A DNA stretch of 64,000 bases from IMG/VR virus record IMGVR_UViG_3300045988_171964; one strand, given 5' to 3'. The notes beneath the pieces are model-generated. The model made no database searches. It was not told the DNA's origin and saw nothing but the letters and a program-made list of their open reading frames with translations. Made by a program: the position numbers and the translations under genes. Origin of the DNA: a virus. Positions 50,730 through 60,036 of the stretch are shown here, one piece after another (position 1 is the stretch's first letter; every line of letters starts with the position of its first letter).

Positions 50730-53700
50730 ATGGCAACAGAAGCAAAAAATACAAATTATTGGATCTCGAGCACTGCGCTCTCTATCCAGCTAAATTCGAT
50801 GGGAGAGCCTGACTACATCCAGTGTAGTGTAGTATCGGGCGCTTCGGTCCTCTGCTATATGAGCGATGTGCCAGGCTTGGGCTATGATGCCGGTCACAAC
50901 TATCAGCGCTGGACGCTTGCTGCCTATCCTTCTATCTTCCCCGATAGCAAACGGAAGTATGTGTATATCGCCATTCCACGACAGTCTACCACCGATAATA
51001 ACCAGGCTACCGTCGTGTTCCCTGGTGAGAAGATAGATATATATGGTAAGACTATTCCATCTTCCGGAACTGAAGGTGTGCAGATAGGTAACGAGGCTTA
51101 TTACTATATCTTTACAGGCGGTATCATATCTGCTGTAAAGACCGATGCCGACAATACCAGAAAGCGAGAATGGGAACAGCATTTTGATTGCGGTAAACTG
51201 GCTACCGACGAGGCGATAGCCAGCGGCGGTGAAGGCGAATGGTGGCGGTATAATTCCGTATCAGATACCATCACCTTCCTCAAGGAGATTCTGAAGGCAA
51301 ACTTTAATGAATTGTCGGCAAAGGTAGCTCGCGTAACCAGTCTTTTCCTGGGTGGGCATGAACTGAGGGGCGTTGCTGACAGTAACGGCACCCTGGAAAT
51401 AAGCGATGATACCGTAGTTACCCCTCAGTATCTCGGTCAGTTTGGGGTGAAGCATTTCCTTGCCAAGGATAAGGATGATACGGCCCATGGCACTATCACT
51501 TGGGAGAAGGTTCAGAAGTTCTTGCAGGGGTTGCATGTCGGTAACCGCAACAATGAGAACGGAGGTTCCTGGACTCCCGATGCAGAAGGTCGTTCACACC
51601 TCATAACAGATTACTTGGAGGTAAGAATGAAGGCTATCTTCGAGGAGCTGGTCATCAATAAAACATCCACCATCGGTGGTAAGGAGATAATCTCTCCTGC
51701 TGGCGGTGTGGTGGCTCATAAGGTAGAAGAGGTTACTGTGACATATAATAATGTGTCACAGAAGGCTTATCGTTGCTACTTCCTCGCAGAGCAGGAAGGC
51801 GATTCTGTAGATAATGATTTCGCTGTTAACGATCAGGTGCGCTCGGAATCATTCAATGTACGCAAGGGCACTTACCACAAAGTTGGCAATCACTTTTACT
51901 GGCGATTGGTAATCGGTCGTGATGAAGACCCTGTAGAGCTGGAAGGAAAGAAATATCATTATATCGACCTCTCTGATACCGATTGCGCTACGGCAAGCGA
52001 TGTTCCTGCTAAAGGTGATGTGCTCAACCAGTGCGGTAATAGAACCGATGTAGAACGTCAGAACTGCCTTATCTTCTCGGCGGTAGATACCTATTCGCCA
52101 TCCATCAGCCTCTATCACGGCATCAATAGCTATTCCTTTGCCAATAGGGAGTATGTGGAATATGGTGTGAATAAGCAGACTAACAGGGCTTTCTTCCATG
52201 TCTACGGAGATATGTACTTCGGAGACCGACCTACTAGTGCCAATAACTACGAGGGTGATTCCTATGTCAAGTTTGATAGCGAGACGAAGAAAGTAACCAT
52301 CAAGGGAGACTTGGATATTAAGTCCACCTATGATGGCAAAACCTTGGATAAGTACATCACCGAGAAGAGCTTGGATAAGAATGCCGTTGAGACCATTATC
52401 AATAAATCGCAGACGATTATCGACCTTCAAAACCAGATAGACGGAGCTATTGAGACTTGGTTCTATGACGGCGTTCCTACTTTGAAGAATGCTCCAGCCA
52501 TCAGTTGGAAGACCGACAATGATAAGAAAACCCACTTGGGAGACCTCTACTATGACAACAAGACGGGCAAGGCATACCGCTTTGCCAAGGATGGCTCTAC
52601 CTATGAGTGGATTATCATCACAGATACGGAGCTGACCAAGGCACTCAAAGATTCAAGCCAAGCACTCAAAGATGCAGCCGCTGCGGATAAGAAGGCTAAT
52701 GGAGCGCAAGCTACCGCCAACACCAAGAGACGCATCTTCGGCTCTCAGCCAGTTCCACCATACGATGTGAACGATATGTGGGTGAACGCAACCTATCCGA
52801 ACGATGGTAGCACTTACAAGAACGAAATCTTGAAGTGTTCCACCGCCAAGGCAGAAGGCGAAAAGTTCGATATTGCCGATTGGAAATTGGCTAGCAAGTA
52901 TACCGATGACACGAAGGCAGAGGAAGCCAAGAAAGCTGCTGAGAAGGCGCAAGAAGAGATTAAGACGACACAGAGCAACTTGAACGCCCTCGGAACGACT
53001 GTTACCGAAAACAAAAAGACGTTCGACAGCTACGTCAAAGATGGCTACCTAGAGCCTTCTGAGATTGCTGCAATGTCGCAGGATTCCAAGCGACTTGAAG
53101 ATGCTTTCGCAGCTGCCGAGAAGTCGTACAATGAAGTGAAGGGAGCAGAGGTGTTAAAGAGTACAAAAGAACTCACCGACCTTAATACTGCTTTCACTAC
53201 TCTCTCTACTGCCAAGACGGAACTCGTTACGTATCTCTCAGATATATCTACAAATTACAATAAGGCTGATACTACCGGCAAGGCTGCCATCGTATCTGCT
53301 GTCGGAACGAAGTTTACCAACTTCCAAAGCGCATATTCTGCCTTCTATGACAAGCTGGGTTTGGCAAACGCATATATCACTAGCAAGATATATGGTGACT
53401 TGAAGCAGAATATCACAGACCTCGCAGGTTACAAGTATCTCAAGGATGCGCTCGGTCAGACTACATATGTTGACGGTGGTCTTGTAATGACAACGCTCCT
53501 TGCGCTGAGAGACGGAGACGGAAACGTTCAGAGCGGTATCAACGGAGCAATAGACCCGAATAGAGGAAAGAAGAGTATCGCAACATGGTGGGGCGGTCAG
53601 ATGGTGGATAAGGACTATAATAGCGGAAATCTTACCCCTGCAACCTCCCTCATCCGCTTCGATGGCTCGGGTTATCTTGCCAATGGTGCTATCTGGTGGG

Positions 53701-56700
53701 ATGTGAGCGGAAAGGTTCACGCAGACCCGACATCGTTTATCATCAGTGAGAAGAATCTTGGCGCATACCTCACCTTCTTCGAGCCGACTTGGAAGGAAGG
53801 AAGTGCAGGAACGAGCGTTGCTGACCTTGTGTCTTTGAAGCCAAACGCTCCATTCTCCAAACTTGGCGTATCGGGCGATGCTACATTCGAAGGCGCAATC
53901 TCCTTCCATGGCATTAAGCTCACGTATGATTCCAAAAACAAGGCTATCAAAATTGATGGCAATCTCTATACCACAGGTGGTATCACGGCATACGGAGCAG
54001 GAGCATCTACCACGGGTGGTGGCGGCTTGAACGGCAGTGTGAAGAGTTATTCAAATGCCTTGAAGCTTACATCAGAATCGCTGTCTGAGATAGCTTCTGC
54101 CTACTCCATCAAGGCTCTTGATTCTCGTATCTCCAGCTTGGAAGGTGGTAGTGCTACTGCTATTTCTGTCAGCGGTAGCGGTAATGCGGTTACGTCTGTC
54201 ACCAAGGATGGTACTACTATCAGCGTAGTTAAAGGTAGTACGTTCTTAACTAGTCATCAGTCACTTGATGGTTACGTTAATGCAATATCTGTAAGTGGAA
54301 GTGGGAATGCTATCACGTCTGTATCTAAAAGCGGAAAGGGTATTACATTTACTAAAGGTGCTACATTTTTAACTTCTCACCAAAGTCTTGCTAACTATTA
54401 TACCAAAAGTAGTGTAGATTCACTTCTTAGTGGTAAGTCGGCAACTAGTCATACACATAGTGTTAAGATTAACGGTGTTACTAAAACTATTGCAGCTACT
54501 GGTGGAACTGCTGTAGATTTAGGAACTTATCTTACTAGTCATCAATCTCTTAATGGGTATGCTACGCAATCTTGGGTTAAAAGTCAAGGTTATCTTACTA
54601 CCCATCAAGATGTTAGTATTCTTAACATGGCTAATGATAGATATTATTATAAAGATAATTATGGTATAAATATGCGAAATTCTGATATTATTGGAGTTAA
54701 TAGTATTTATACTAAAGATTTATCTGATGACCCTTCAGAAGCTATTCTATTTTGTAGAAGTAACGGTAACTATGATGGTATTCGTGCAGCAAATGGAGTA
54801 TTATATTTTAGCAATAATGTAGTTAGAACTACTAGAAAATATGATGCTGAATATGAAGTTTATCATAAAGGTAATCTTACTAAACTTAGTCAACTTACTA
54901 ATGACAAGAACTTTGTTACTGGTTCTGTAAGTGGTCAAACTATTACTATCAATGGTGTTTCTACTACTTGGCAAAATACTTGGAGAGGAATTACTGATAG
55001 TTATAGTGGAACTTCTACTGGTACTAGTCTTAGTCAAAAAGGTGCAAATAGTTTATATAATGCTTTGCATAATGGATATGCTAGCAGCGCAGGTAATGCA
55101 GATACTGTAGATGGTTATCATGCTAATGGTAGCAATGTTGCACCCTATGGGCATATACCTACTATAGAAAGCGATGGAGTAATGGAAGTAGGTAAATATA
55201 TTGACTTTCATAATGATAATAGCGGTAAACATGATTTTTCTACTAGATTACTAACTACTGGTAATTATGGAAATTCAGTTAATCTTCCATCAGTAGGTGG
55301 TACATTAGCGTTAACTTCTGACAATGTAGCTTCTGCAACAAAACTTGCGGCAGCAAGAACGATATGGGGTCAAAGTTTTGATGGTACTGGAAATGTTAAT
55401 GGAACTATATACATAAATAATAGTGATTCTGAAAACGGAGCTATAATATTAAATAATAATGTAAATGCTAATGCTCGTATATCAGCTATAAAAGACCAAG
55501 TAGTATTTAATACTGGTGCTGCTATTCGTTTTGGAGCAACCAACTGGGAGTATAGTGATTGGGCTGGTCTTAAATATGATACTGTTGCTAATGCTATATA
55601 TTTAGGTATAGCCGATGGAACTGTATTTAATTATTATTCTAATAAAAGAAGTAATGGTACACTTAAATTTCCAGGTATTACAACTATAACTCCTGATAGT
55701 GGAGCTAGAATTGGAGGTAGCGGTGGTGATTTATATTTAGGTAATGGTAATAATACTAATTGGGTGAAAGTTCAAGACATGTGTAGTCAAGTAAATAGTA
55801 GTTATTGGAACATAACACAATTCGGTAGTGCTACGTTTAAAAGTCTTACTGTTAATGATGTTATTAGTTGTGATAGTATTAGTGTTAGTAAAAATGCCGT
55901 TATTGCTGGTAATTTATCAGTTAACGGTTTAATAAATAATAAAGGTATATTACCTACAAATTATGAAGTTAATAATAAAGGAATGGGTTGTTATGTTTCA
56001 GCTGATGCTTTATGTTCTGGAATTACTGCTATTACTGATAGTATACCAGTTGATAATCTTTCTATAGTTTATAGTAATGATAATGGTACTAATTGGACTA
56101 ATTATAATATATCAAATGATACTAAATTTAAGGCGTATGCGAATGTTGCAGGTGTTGATGGTTTTACCTTAGGTGGCAATGTTATCACTGGTAATACTGA
56201 TGCTGAAAAGTTAGCTCAAATAAAAAAGAACGAATTAATGTTTTCGTTTGAAATTCCTAATTCTTGTTATTCTCAAGTATATTTTGCTTGTGTTGATATG
56301 GGACAAGGTGTTGGTGTTACTTGTACTGTAGAATATTTAAATAGTAAAGGTGTTATAGTCAATACTTATATTAAATATATGACCGGACGGAATCAGTTTA
56401 ATTATATAAATTTATCTAATGGTAATACGGCTTTTGGTGTAGGAAATGATGATAGAAGATATATTCGTTTTAAATTTAAACATGACCAAAATACTACTGC
56501 ATTACGAAATGCTTCAATAAATAGAATACGAATATTTGCTTTTACTAAGTATTCATTTCCTACTGATAGATTTATGGGGCATACAGGTCATATATATAAC
56601 TTTGATTATAATTTGAATACTTACTTCCCTAATGGCATTCTTGCTAAAGGTGGAGTTACAGCTTATCAATCTTCAGACATCCGCCTGAAGCAGGATTTGC

Positions 56701-57047
56701 GGAAGCTGGACTACTTGGGTATCATCAAGGCAATGGGTGGCACTTATGGCTTTGCCTGGAAGAAGGACAACACAAGGTCTATCGGTTGGATTGCCCAACA
56801 CGTCTTGTGCAACCCTCACTTAAAGGACATCGTGGAGACTGACGAGAAGGGCTACTACAAGATTAACTACTGGTCTCCGAAGCTGATTGCAACGGCATTC
56901 GGTGCTATCGAGCAGGTGGGCGATGAGGTCAGCAGGTTGAAGGCTCGGGTGGTCTTCCTTGAATCAGAGGTTCTGCGATTGAGTGGAGATAAGGAAGACT
57001 GCAACAAGAAGAGATTAGATAACAAGAATATTAATTCATTAAATTAG
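50730..57047 (+). CDS. tail fibre / tail spike protein with C-terminal S74-type intramolecular chaperone domain
   Basis: 2105 aa with repetitive beta-rich sequence and (F/Y)LT(S/T)HQ repeats. The C-terminus SSDIRLKQDL...IGWIAQHV...YYKINY...AIEQV..LKARVVFLESEV matches the SDxRxK auto-cleaving chaperone domain. Confidence 0.85.
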   Translation: MATEAKNTNYWISSTALSIQLNSMGEPDYIQCSVVSGASVLCYMSDVPGLGYDAGHNYQRWTLAAYPSIFPDSKRKYVYIAIPRQSTTDNNQATVVFPGEKIDIYGKTIPSSGTEGVQIGNEAYYYIFTGGIISAVKTDADNTRKREWEQHFDCGKLATDEAIASGGEGEWWRYNSVSDTITFLKEILKANFNELSAKVARVTSLFLGGHELRGVADSNGTLEISDDTVVTPQYLGQFGVKHFLAKDKDDTAHGTITWEKVQKFLQGLHVGNRNNENGGSWTPDAEGRSHLITDYLEVRMKAIFEELVINKTSTIGGKEIISPAGGVVAHKVEEVTVTYNNVSQKAYRCYFLAEQEGDSVDNDFAVNDQVRSESFNVRKGTYHKVGNHFYWRLVIGRDEDPVELEGKKYHYIDLSDTDCATASDVPAKGDVLNQCGNRTDVERQNCLIFSAVDTYSPSISLYHGINSYSFANREYVEYGVNKQTNRAFFHVYGDMYFGDRPTSANNYEGDSYVKFDSETKKVTIKGDLDIKSTYDGKTLDKYITEKSLDKNAVETIINKSQTIIDLQNQIDGAIETWFYDGVPTLKNAPAISWKTDNDKKTHLGDLYYDNKTGKAYRFAKDGSTYEWIIITDTELTKALKDSSQALKDAAAADKKANGAQATANTKRRIFGSQPVPPYDVNDMWVNATYPNDGSTYKNEILKCSTAKAEGEKFDIADWKLASKYTDDTKAEEAKKAAEKAQEEIKTTQSNLNALGTTVTENKKTFDSYVKDGYLEPSEIAAMSQDSKRLEDAFAAAEKSYNEVKGAEVLKSTKELTDLNTAFTTLSTAKTELVTYLSDISTNYNKADTTGKAAIVSAVGTKFTNFQSAYSAFYDKLGLANAYITSKIYGDLKQNITDLAGYKYLKDALGQTTYVDGGLVMTTLLALRDGDGNVQSGINGAIDPNRGKKSIATWWGGQMVDKDYNSGNLTPATSLIRFDGSGYLANGAIWWDVSGKVHADPTSFIISEKNLGAYLTFFEPTWKEGSAGTSVADLVSLKPNAPFSKLGVSGDATFEGAISFHGIKLTYDSKNKAIKIDGNLYTTGGITAYGAGASTTGGGGLNGSVKSYSNALKLTSESLSEIASAYSIKALDSRISSLEGGSATAISVSGSGNAVTSVTKDGTTISVVKGSTFLTSHQSLDGYVNAISVSGSGNAITSVSKSGKGITFTKGATFLTSHQSLANYYTKSSVDSLLSGKSATSHTHSVKINGVTKTIAATGGTAVDLGTYLTSHQSLNGYATQSWVKSQGYLTTHQDVSILNMANDRYYYKDNYGINMRNSDIIGVNSIYTKDLSDDPSEAILFCRSNGNYDGIRAANGVLYFSNNVVRTTRKYDAEYEVYHKGNLTKLSQLTNDKNFVTGSVSGQTITINGVSTTWQNTWRGITDSYSGTSTGTSLSQKGANSLYNALHNGYASSAGNADTVDGYHANGSNVAPYGHIPTIESDGVMEVGKYIDFHNDNSGKHDFSTRLLTTGNYGNSVNLPSVGGTLALTSDNVASATKLAAARTIWGQSFDGTGNVNGTIYINNSDSENGAIILNNNVNANARISAIKDQVVFNTGAAIRFGATNWEYSDWAGLKYDTVANAIYLGIADGTVFNYYSNKRSNGTLKFPGITTITPDSGARIGGSGGDLYLGNGNNTNWVKVQDMCSQVNSSYWNITQFGSATFKSLTVNDVISCDSISVSKNAVIAGNLSVNGLINNKGILPTNYEVNNKGMGCYVSADALCSGITAITDSIPVDNLSIVYSNDNGTNWTNYNISNDTKFKAYANVAGVDGFTLGGNVITGNTDAEKLAQIKKNELMFSFEIPNSCYSQVYFACVDMGQGVGVTCTVEYLNSKGVIVNTYIKYMTGRNQFNYINLSNGNTAFGVGNDDRRYIRFKFKHDQNTTALRNASINRIRIFAFTKYSFPTDRFMGHTGHIYNFDYNLNTYFPNGILAKGGVTAYQSSDIRLKQDLRKLDYLGIIKAMGGTYGFAWKKDNTRSIGWIAQHVLCNPHLKDIVETDEKGYYKINYWSPKLIATAFGAIEQVGDEVSRLKARVVFLESEVLRLSGDKEDCNKKRLDNKNINSLN
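54159..54404 (+). repeat. 2 x 123-nt (41-aa) tandem repeat inside the tail fibre
   Basis: AISVSGSGNAVTSVTKDGTTISVVKGSTFLTSHQSLDGYVN / AISVSGSGNAITSVSKSGKGITFTKGATFLTSHQSLANYYT. Shorter LTSHQSLNGY and LTTHQD copies follow. Confidence 0.85.
54230..56670 (+). other. AT-rich mosaic block inside the tail fibre gene
   Basis: Abrupt shift by eye from ~50% GC to clearly AT-rich codons (ggt/act/aat/tta). Composition returns to normal exactly at the start of the chaperone domain. Confidence 0.7.
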
Positions 57048-57055
57048 ATTAGAAA

Positions 57056-57361
57056 ATGGAGAATTTAAAGATTAACAAGAAGAGTGAACAGACAACCGCC
57101 ACTTACACCAAGGGTGGCTATCGAGTAGAAATCACCTACAATGTTGACAAGACTGGTGGCAACATCGAGAGCATCAATATGAGTATCTATGGTGACCCAA
57201 ATGGTAATTATCTCGGCAATGCCAACGCAAGCTTCAACGGCAGCGAGCTGACCTACAACATCAGCGGTGTTCCGCAGAGCAAGCTCAGTGAGGTATCAGC
57301 ATTGATCAAGGAGGTTAATTCCGCTATCGCCGCTAATATGGCAAGCGAGGCAGCAGAGTAA
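57056..57361 (+). CDS. hypothetical protein
   Basis: 101 aa with normal phage composition. Confidence 0.45.
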   Translation: MENLKINKKSEQTTATYTKGGYRVEITYNVDKTGGNIESINMSIYGDPNGNYLGNANASFNGSELTYNISGVPQSKLSEVSALIKEVNSAIAANMASEAAE

Positions 57362-57546
57362 GTATTAACGCAGGGTGGCTCTTATAGAGCTGCCTTGCCT
57401 AGTGTTTTAAGTTCTAAAGATTAGCGTATGGAACGCTTTATATTATAGCTTGCGAAAGTGTTCAATGTAACAGTAGAGCGAGTTGTTACTAAAGAAGTTG
57501 TAACAGAATTAGAAACTAAAGTTGAATATTTAAAAAAATAAAGATT

Positions 57547-58824
57547 ATGTCTTATGCAAATAATGAAATATCAGCTCCAGTATCAATAGATGATATTAAA
57601 ACTGTGTTAGGTGAATCTAGTAATGATGTTGCTACTTTATGTAGAAGTAGCAACATCAATATGTGGAGTAAGAAAAAACCAGTTCGATTATCTGAATCTT
57701 TTCCTGATATAAATGGAACTTGGTATAGAGCAGATGATGATGATTTAGGTATTCAAATTAATAAAGGTGCTAAAACTAATCTAGGAACATTATATGCTGG
57801 AGCTAGTTTTGTATATAAGAAACCTGGAGGTGGAAGTAGTCAACCTTATAGAATGACTGATTTTATTGGTTATAAACATGACGCTAAACCTTTTTTATAT
57901 TGTGAAAGTTTAGGTAGTGTTGCAACTGTTGACGCTTTTACTGGTGAAGTATCTACAAATATACTTAATATTAAAAAAGGAGATATATCTCTTTATGATT
58001 TTAGTGAAAATAATGTAATGCGCCGTGGCTGGTTATATATGGAATATTTAACTTGTAATAGTTCTACTTATGACCCAAATAATTTAAATCATATAGCTCG
58101 TCAATCTAATGATGCTACTCATCAAATTGGCGCAGGATATACTTATATTGTAAATCCTAATGAAAATGAAGAATTGAAAGTAAAACAACATTTAATGGAT
58201 TATAGTAAATTCGGAAATGATATTAGACATGCAGTATTAGTATTTATGGCTATACAATATAATACAGAAGTGTTTCCTATTTATTTTGATAAGAATAAAG
58301 CTCCTTATATTACATTATATAAAGAATATAAATTGTTTGCTAATGCTAAAGTTAGTAATCTAATGTATAGAATTGATAGTATAGGCTTTAGTGGTGATCC
58401 ACTTCTATATACAATAAAAATAACTAGTAATAAACATAATTCTTTTTGTGTTAGTATATCATTTAATGTCGACAAAACTAATAATGGTTCATTTCCATTT
58501 TATAGTGCTACAAGTTTTAATACATTAGCTGGTTTACATAGATTTAGATTAATACAATATTATGGTACTGGAGGAGCTTATTATACTTGGTATCCTACTT
58601 TATATAATAGTAATGGTGTAAAGCAAAATTCTATAACTATAGATTTTAAAACTCATATTAGTGTTAGTTTAATTATTGCATTTGAATATGGAGACATTGC
58701 TACAAATAAAAAAGTATTTAGTTTTATAAATTATGGACAAACTGTTGCTATGGCTTTACAATATAGTGGAGATAATGGTAACAATTGGATGGATATTAAA
58801 AGTTTTAATGTACAATATTATTAA
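57547..58824 (+). CDS. hypothetical protein, AT-rich (possible second receptor-binding or fibre accessory protein)
   Basis: 425 aa with the same AT-rich codon style as the tail fibre block. The function is inferred from position only. Confidence 0.45.
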   Translation: MSYANNEISAPVSIDDIKTVLGESSNDVATLCRSSNINMWSKKKPVRLSESFPDINGTWYRADDDDLGIQINKGAKTNLGTLYAGASFVYKKPGGGSSQPYRMTDFIGYKHDAKPFLYCESLGSVATVDAFTGEVSTNILNIKKGDISLYDFSENNVMRRGWLYMEYLTCNSSTYDPNNLNHIARQSNDATHQIGAGYTYIVNPNENEELKVKQHLMDYSKFGNDIRHAVLVFMAIQYNTEVFPIYFDKNKAPYITLYKEYKLFANAKVSNLMYRIDSIGFSGDPLLYTIKITSNKHNSFCVSISFNVDKTNNGSFPFYSATSFNTLAGLHRFRLIQYYGTGGAYYTWYPTLYNSNGVKQNSITIDFKTHISVSLIIAFEYGDIATNKKVFSFINYGQTVAMALQYSGDNGNNWMDIKSFNVQYY

Positions 58825-58862
58825 TATTTATTTATTAATTAAATAAAAATAAAGAAACAATT

Positions 58863-59327
58863 ATGAAAAAGATTAAGACAATCGAGGCTGTTGTAGCCTA
58901 CAGAACATTGAAGGCATTGAAGACATCATCAATGAGCGATGATGCCGCTATGCGAGTTTGGAAGAATATGAAGGCACTGCGCCAAGTAGCCGATACCTAC
59001 GACAAGGATGTGGAGGAAGCGCAGCAGAGCTTGAAGGACGATAAGTTCGAGGAGATGCAGTGCAAGCTTCAGGAGTGCCAGCAGTTGGAGCAGAAGCACG
59101 CCAATGAGGGCTACGAATACACCAAGGACGATTCAGCCAAGTTCGCTGAGGTCAATGAGTACTTCTTCAATCAGAAGCAGAAGACCGAGAAGTATTTCAA
59201 GGAACTTGCCGACAAGGAGGTAGAGGTAGCCATCGAGGCAGTTGACGAGAAGGAGTTGTTCAAGGCAGCGAAAGATTGCGGCTTGAAGTTCGCTGATATG
59301 GAGACCCTTGATGTTGTGATAGGATAA
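58863..59327 (+). CDS. hypothetical acidic coiled-coil protein
   Basis: 154 aa. Confidence 0.45.
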   Translation: MKKIKTIEAVVAYRTLKALKTSSMSDDAAMRVWKNMKALRQVADTYDKDVEEAQQSLKDDKFEEMQCKLQECQQLEQKHANEGYEYTKDDSAKFAEVNEYFFNQKQKTEKYFKELADKEVEVAIEAVDEKELFKAAKDCGLKFADMETLDVVIG

Positions 59328-59349
59328 ACACTGATAAGTAGATATAGAA

Positions 59350-59396
59350 ATAGCGTTAGAATTTGGCAAGAAAGCCGTTCTAACGCTATTTTTTTT
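59350..59396 (+). terminator. intrinsic terminator ending the virion block
   Basis: 12-bp stem ATAGCGTTAGAA / TTCTAACGCTAT followed by T8. Confidence 0.85.
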
Positions 59397-59685
59397 GTGT
59401 GAATGCGTCTCATATCGTGGAATGGAGTTGGTATACAACTAAAGATATGATTGATTCTTGCTTTACCGTAATGATAGTAACAGCAATGTTTTATATATAC
59501 GGATTTTTTGACATGTTTATCAGTCGCCTCAAGTTAGGACGTAAAATCTGTGCATGATTATGGGAAAGATACTAAATTATGAGAGAAGATTTGGCAATAT
59601 AAGGTATATCCCCTGCCATGTTTCGAGTGGGAAGATGTGGTGAGATGTTTCCTCGTTATCCTTCTCGGCTGGCTCATCTCTTAAA

Positions 59686-59711
59686 AGTAAAAAGGTAAAA
59701 AGGTAAAAAAA
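59686..59711. repeat. GTAAAAAG x3 A-tract repeat (second copy)
   Basis: CTCTTAAAAGTAAAAAGGTAAAAAGGTAAAAAAAG. Compare 41786-41818. Confidence 0.75.
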
Positions 59712-59724
59712 GCCTTAACCCCTT

Positions 59725-59758
59725 TGCGCCCCCGTTCCCAGCGATTCCATCGCTGGTC
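59725..59758 (+). repeat. Motif-A hairpin copy A11
   Basis: TGCGCCCCCGTTCCCAGCGATTCCATCGCTGGTC. Confidence 0.9.
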
Positions 59759-59764
59759 CGTAAC

Positions 59765-59816
59765 TTTAAAAAAGCCCTGCTATCCATCGCGGACGGCAGG
59801 GCTGCATCGTTTTTTA
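59765..59816. terminator. bidirectional intrinsic terminator
   Basis: AGCCCTGC / GCAGGGCT stem, flanked by A6 upstream and by a T6 run 7 nt downstream (GCATCG spacer). Confidence 0.6.
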
Positions 59817-59904
59817 ATACTTTTTTAAAGATTATAACACCGCCACCTTTTTTACGGGCAGCGGAATTTCGACTGCAAAGATACGAAGAAAAACCGAGAT
59901 ATGT

Positions 59905-59964
59905 AGAGAAATTCAGAGAAAATCGGAGAAATTCAGAGAAAATCAGAGAAAAACTAGAAATCAT
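59905..59964. repeat. 5-6 x 10-bp tandem repeat AGAGAAAWTC
   Basis: AGAGAAATTC AGAGAAAATC GGAGAAATTC AGAGAAAATC AGAGAAAAAC TAGAAATCAT, with helical-turn periodicity. Confidence 0.85.
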
Positions 59965-60007
59965 CTGTAAATCTTTGTTCATATCCGTAAGAATTGTCCG
60001 TTTTTTC

Positions 60008-60036
60008 GTAGTAAAGTGCCCGACCCAAGCGATTCT
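60008..60036 (+). repeat. Motif-A hairpin copy A12 (degenerate)
   Basis: GCCCGACCCAAGCGATTCTTTCGCTGTTC. Confidence 0.5.

Noticed and set aside
50730-57047. Antisense ORFs inside the tail fibre (51849-52535, 53238-53909, 50790-51182) and inside the 949-aa gene (46442-47140).
   Set aside because: The reasoning is the same: they are shadow ORFs of long, clearly coding plus-strand genes.
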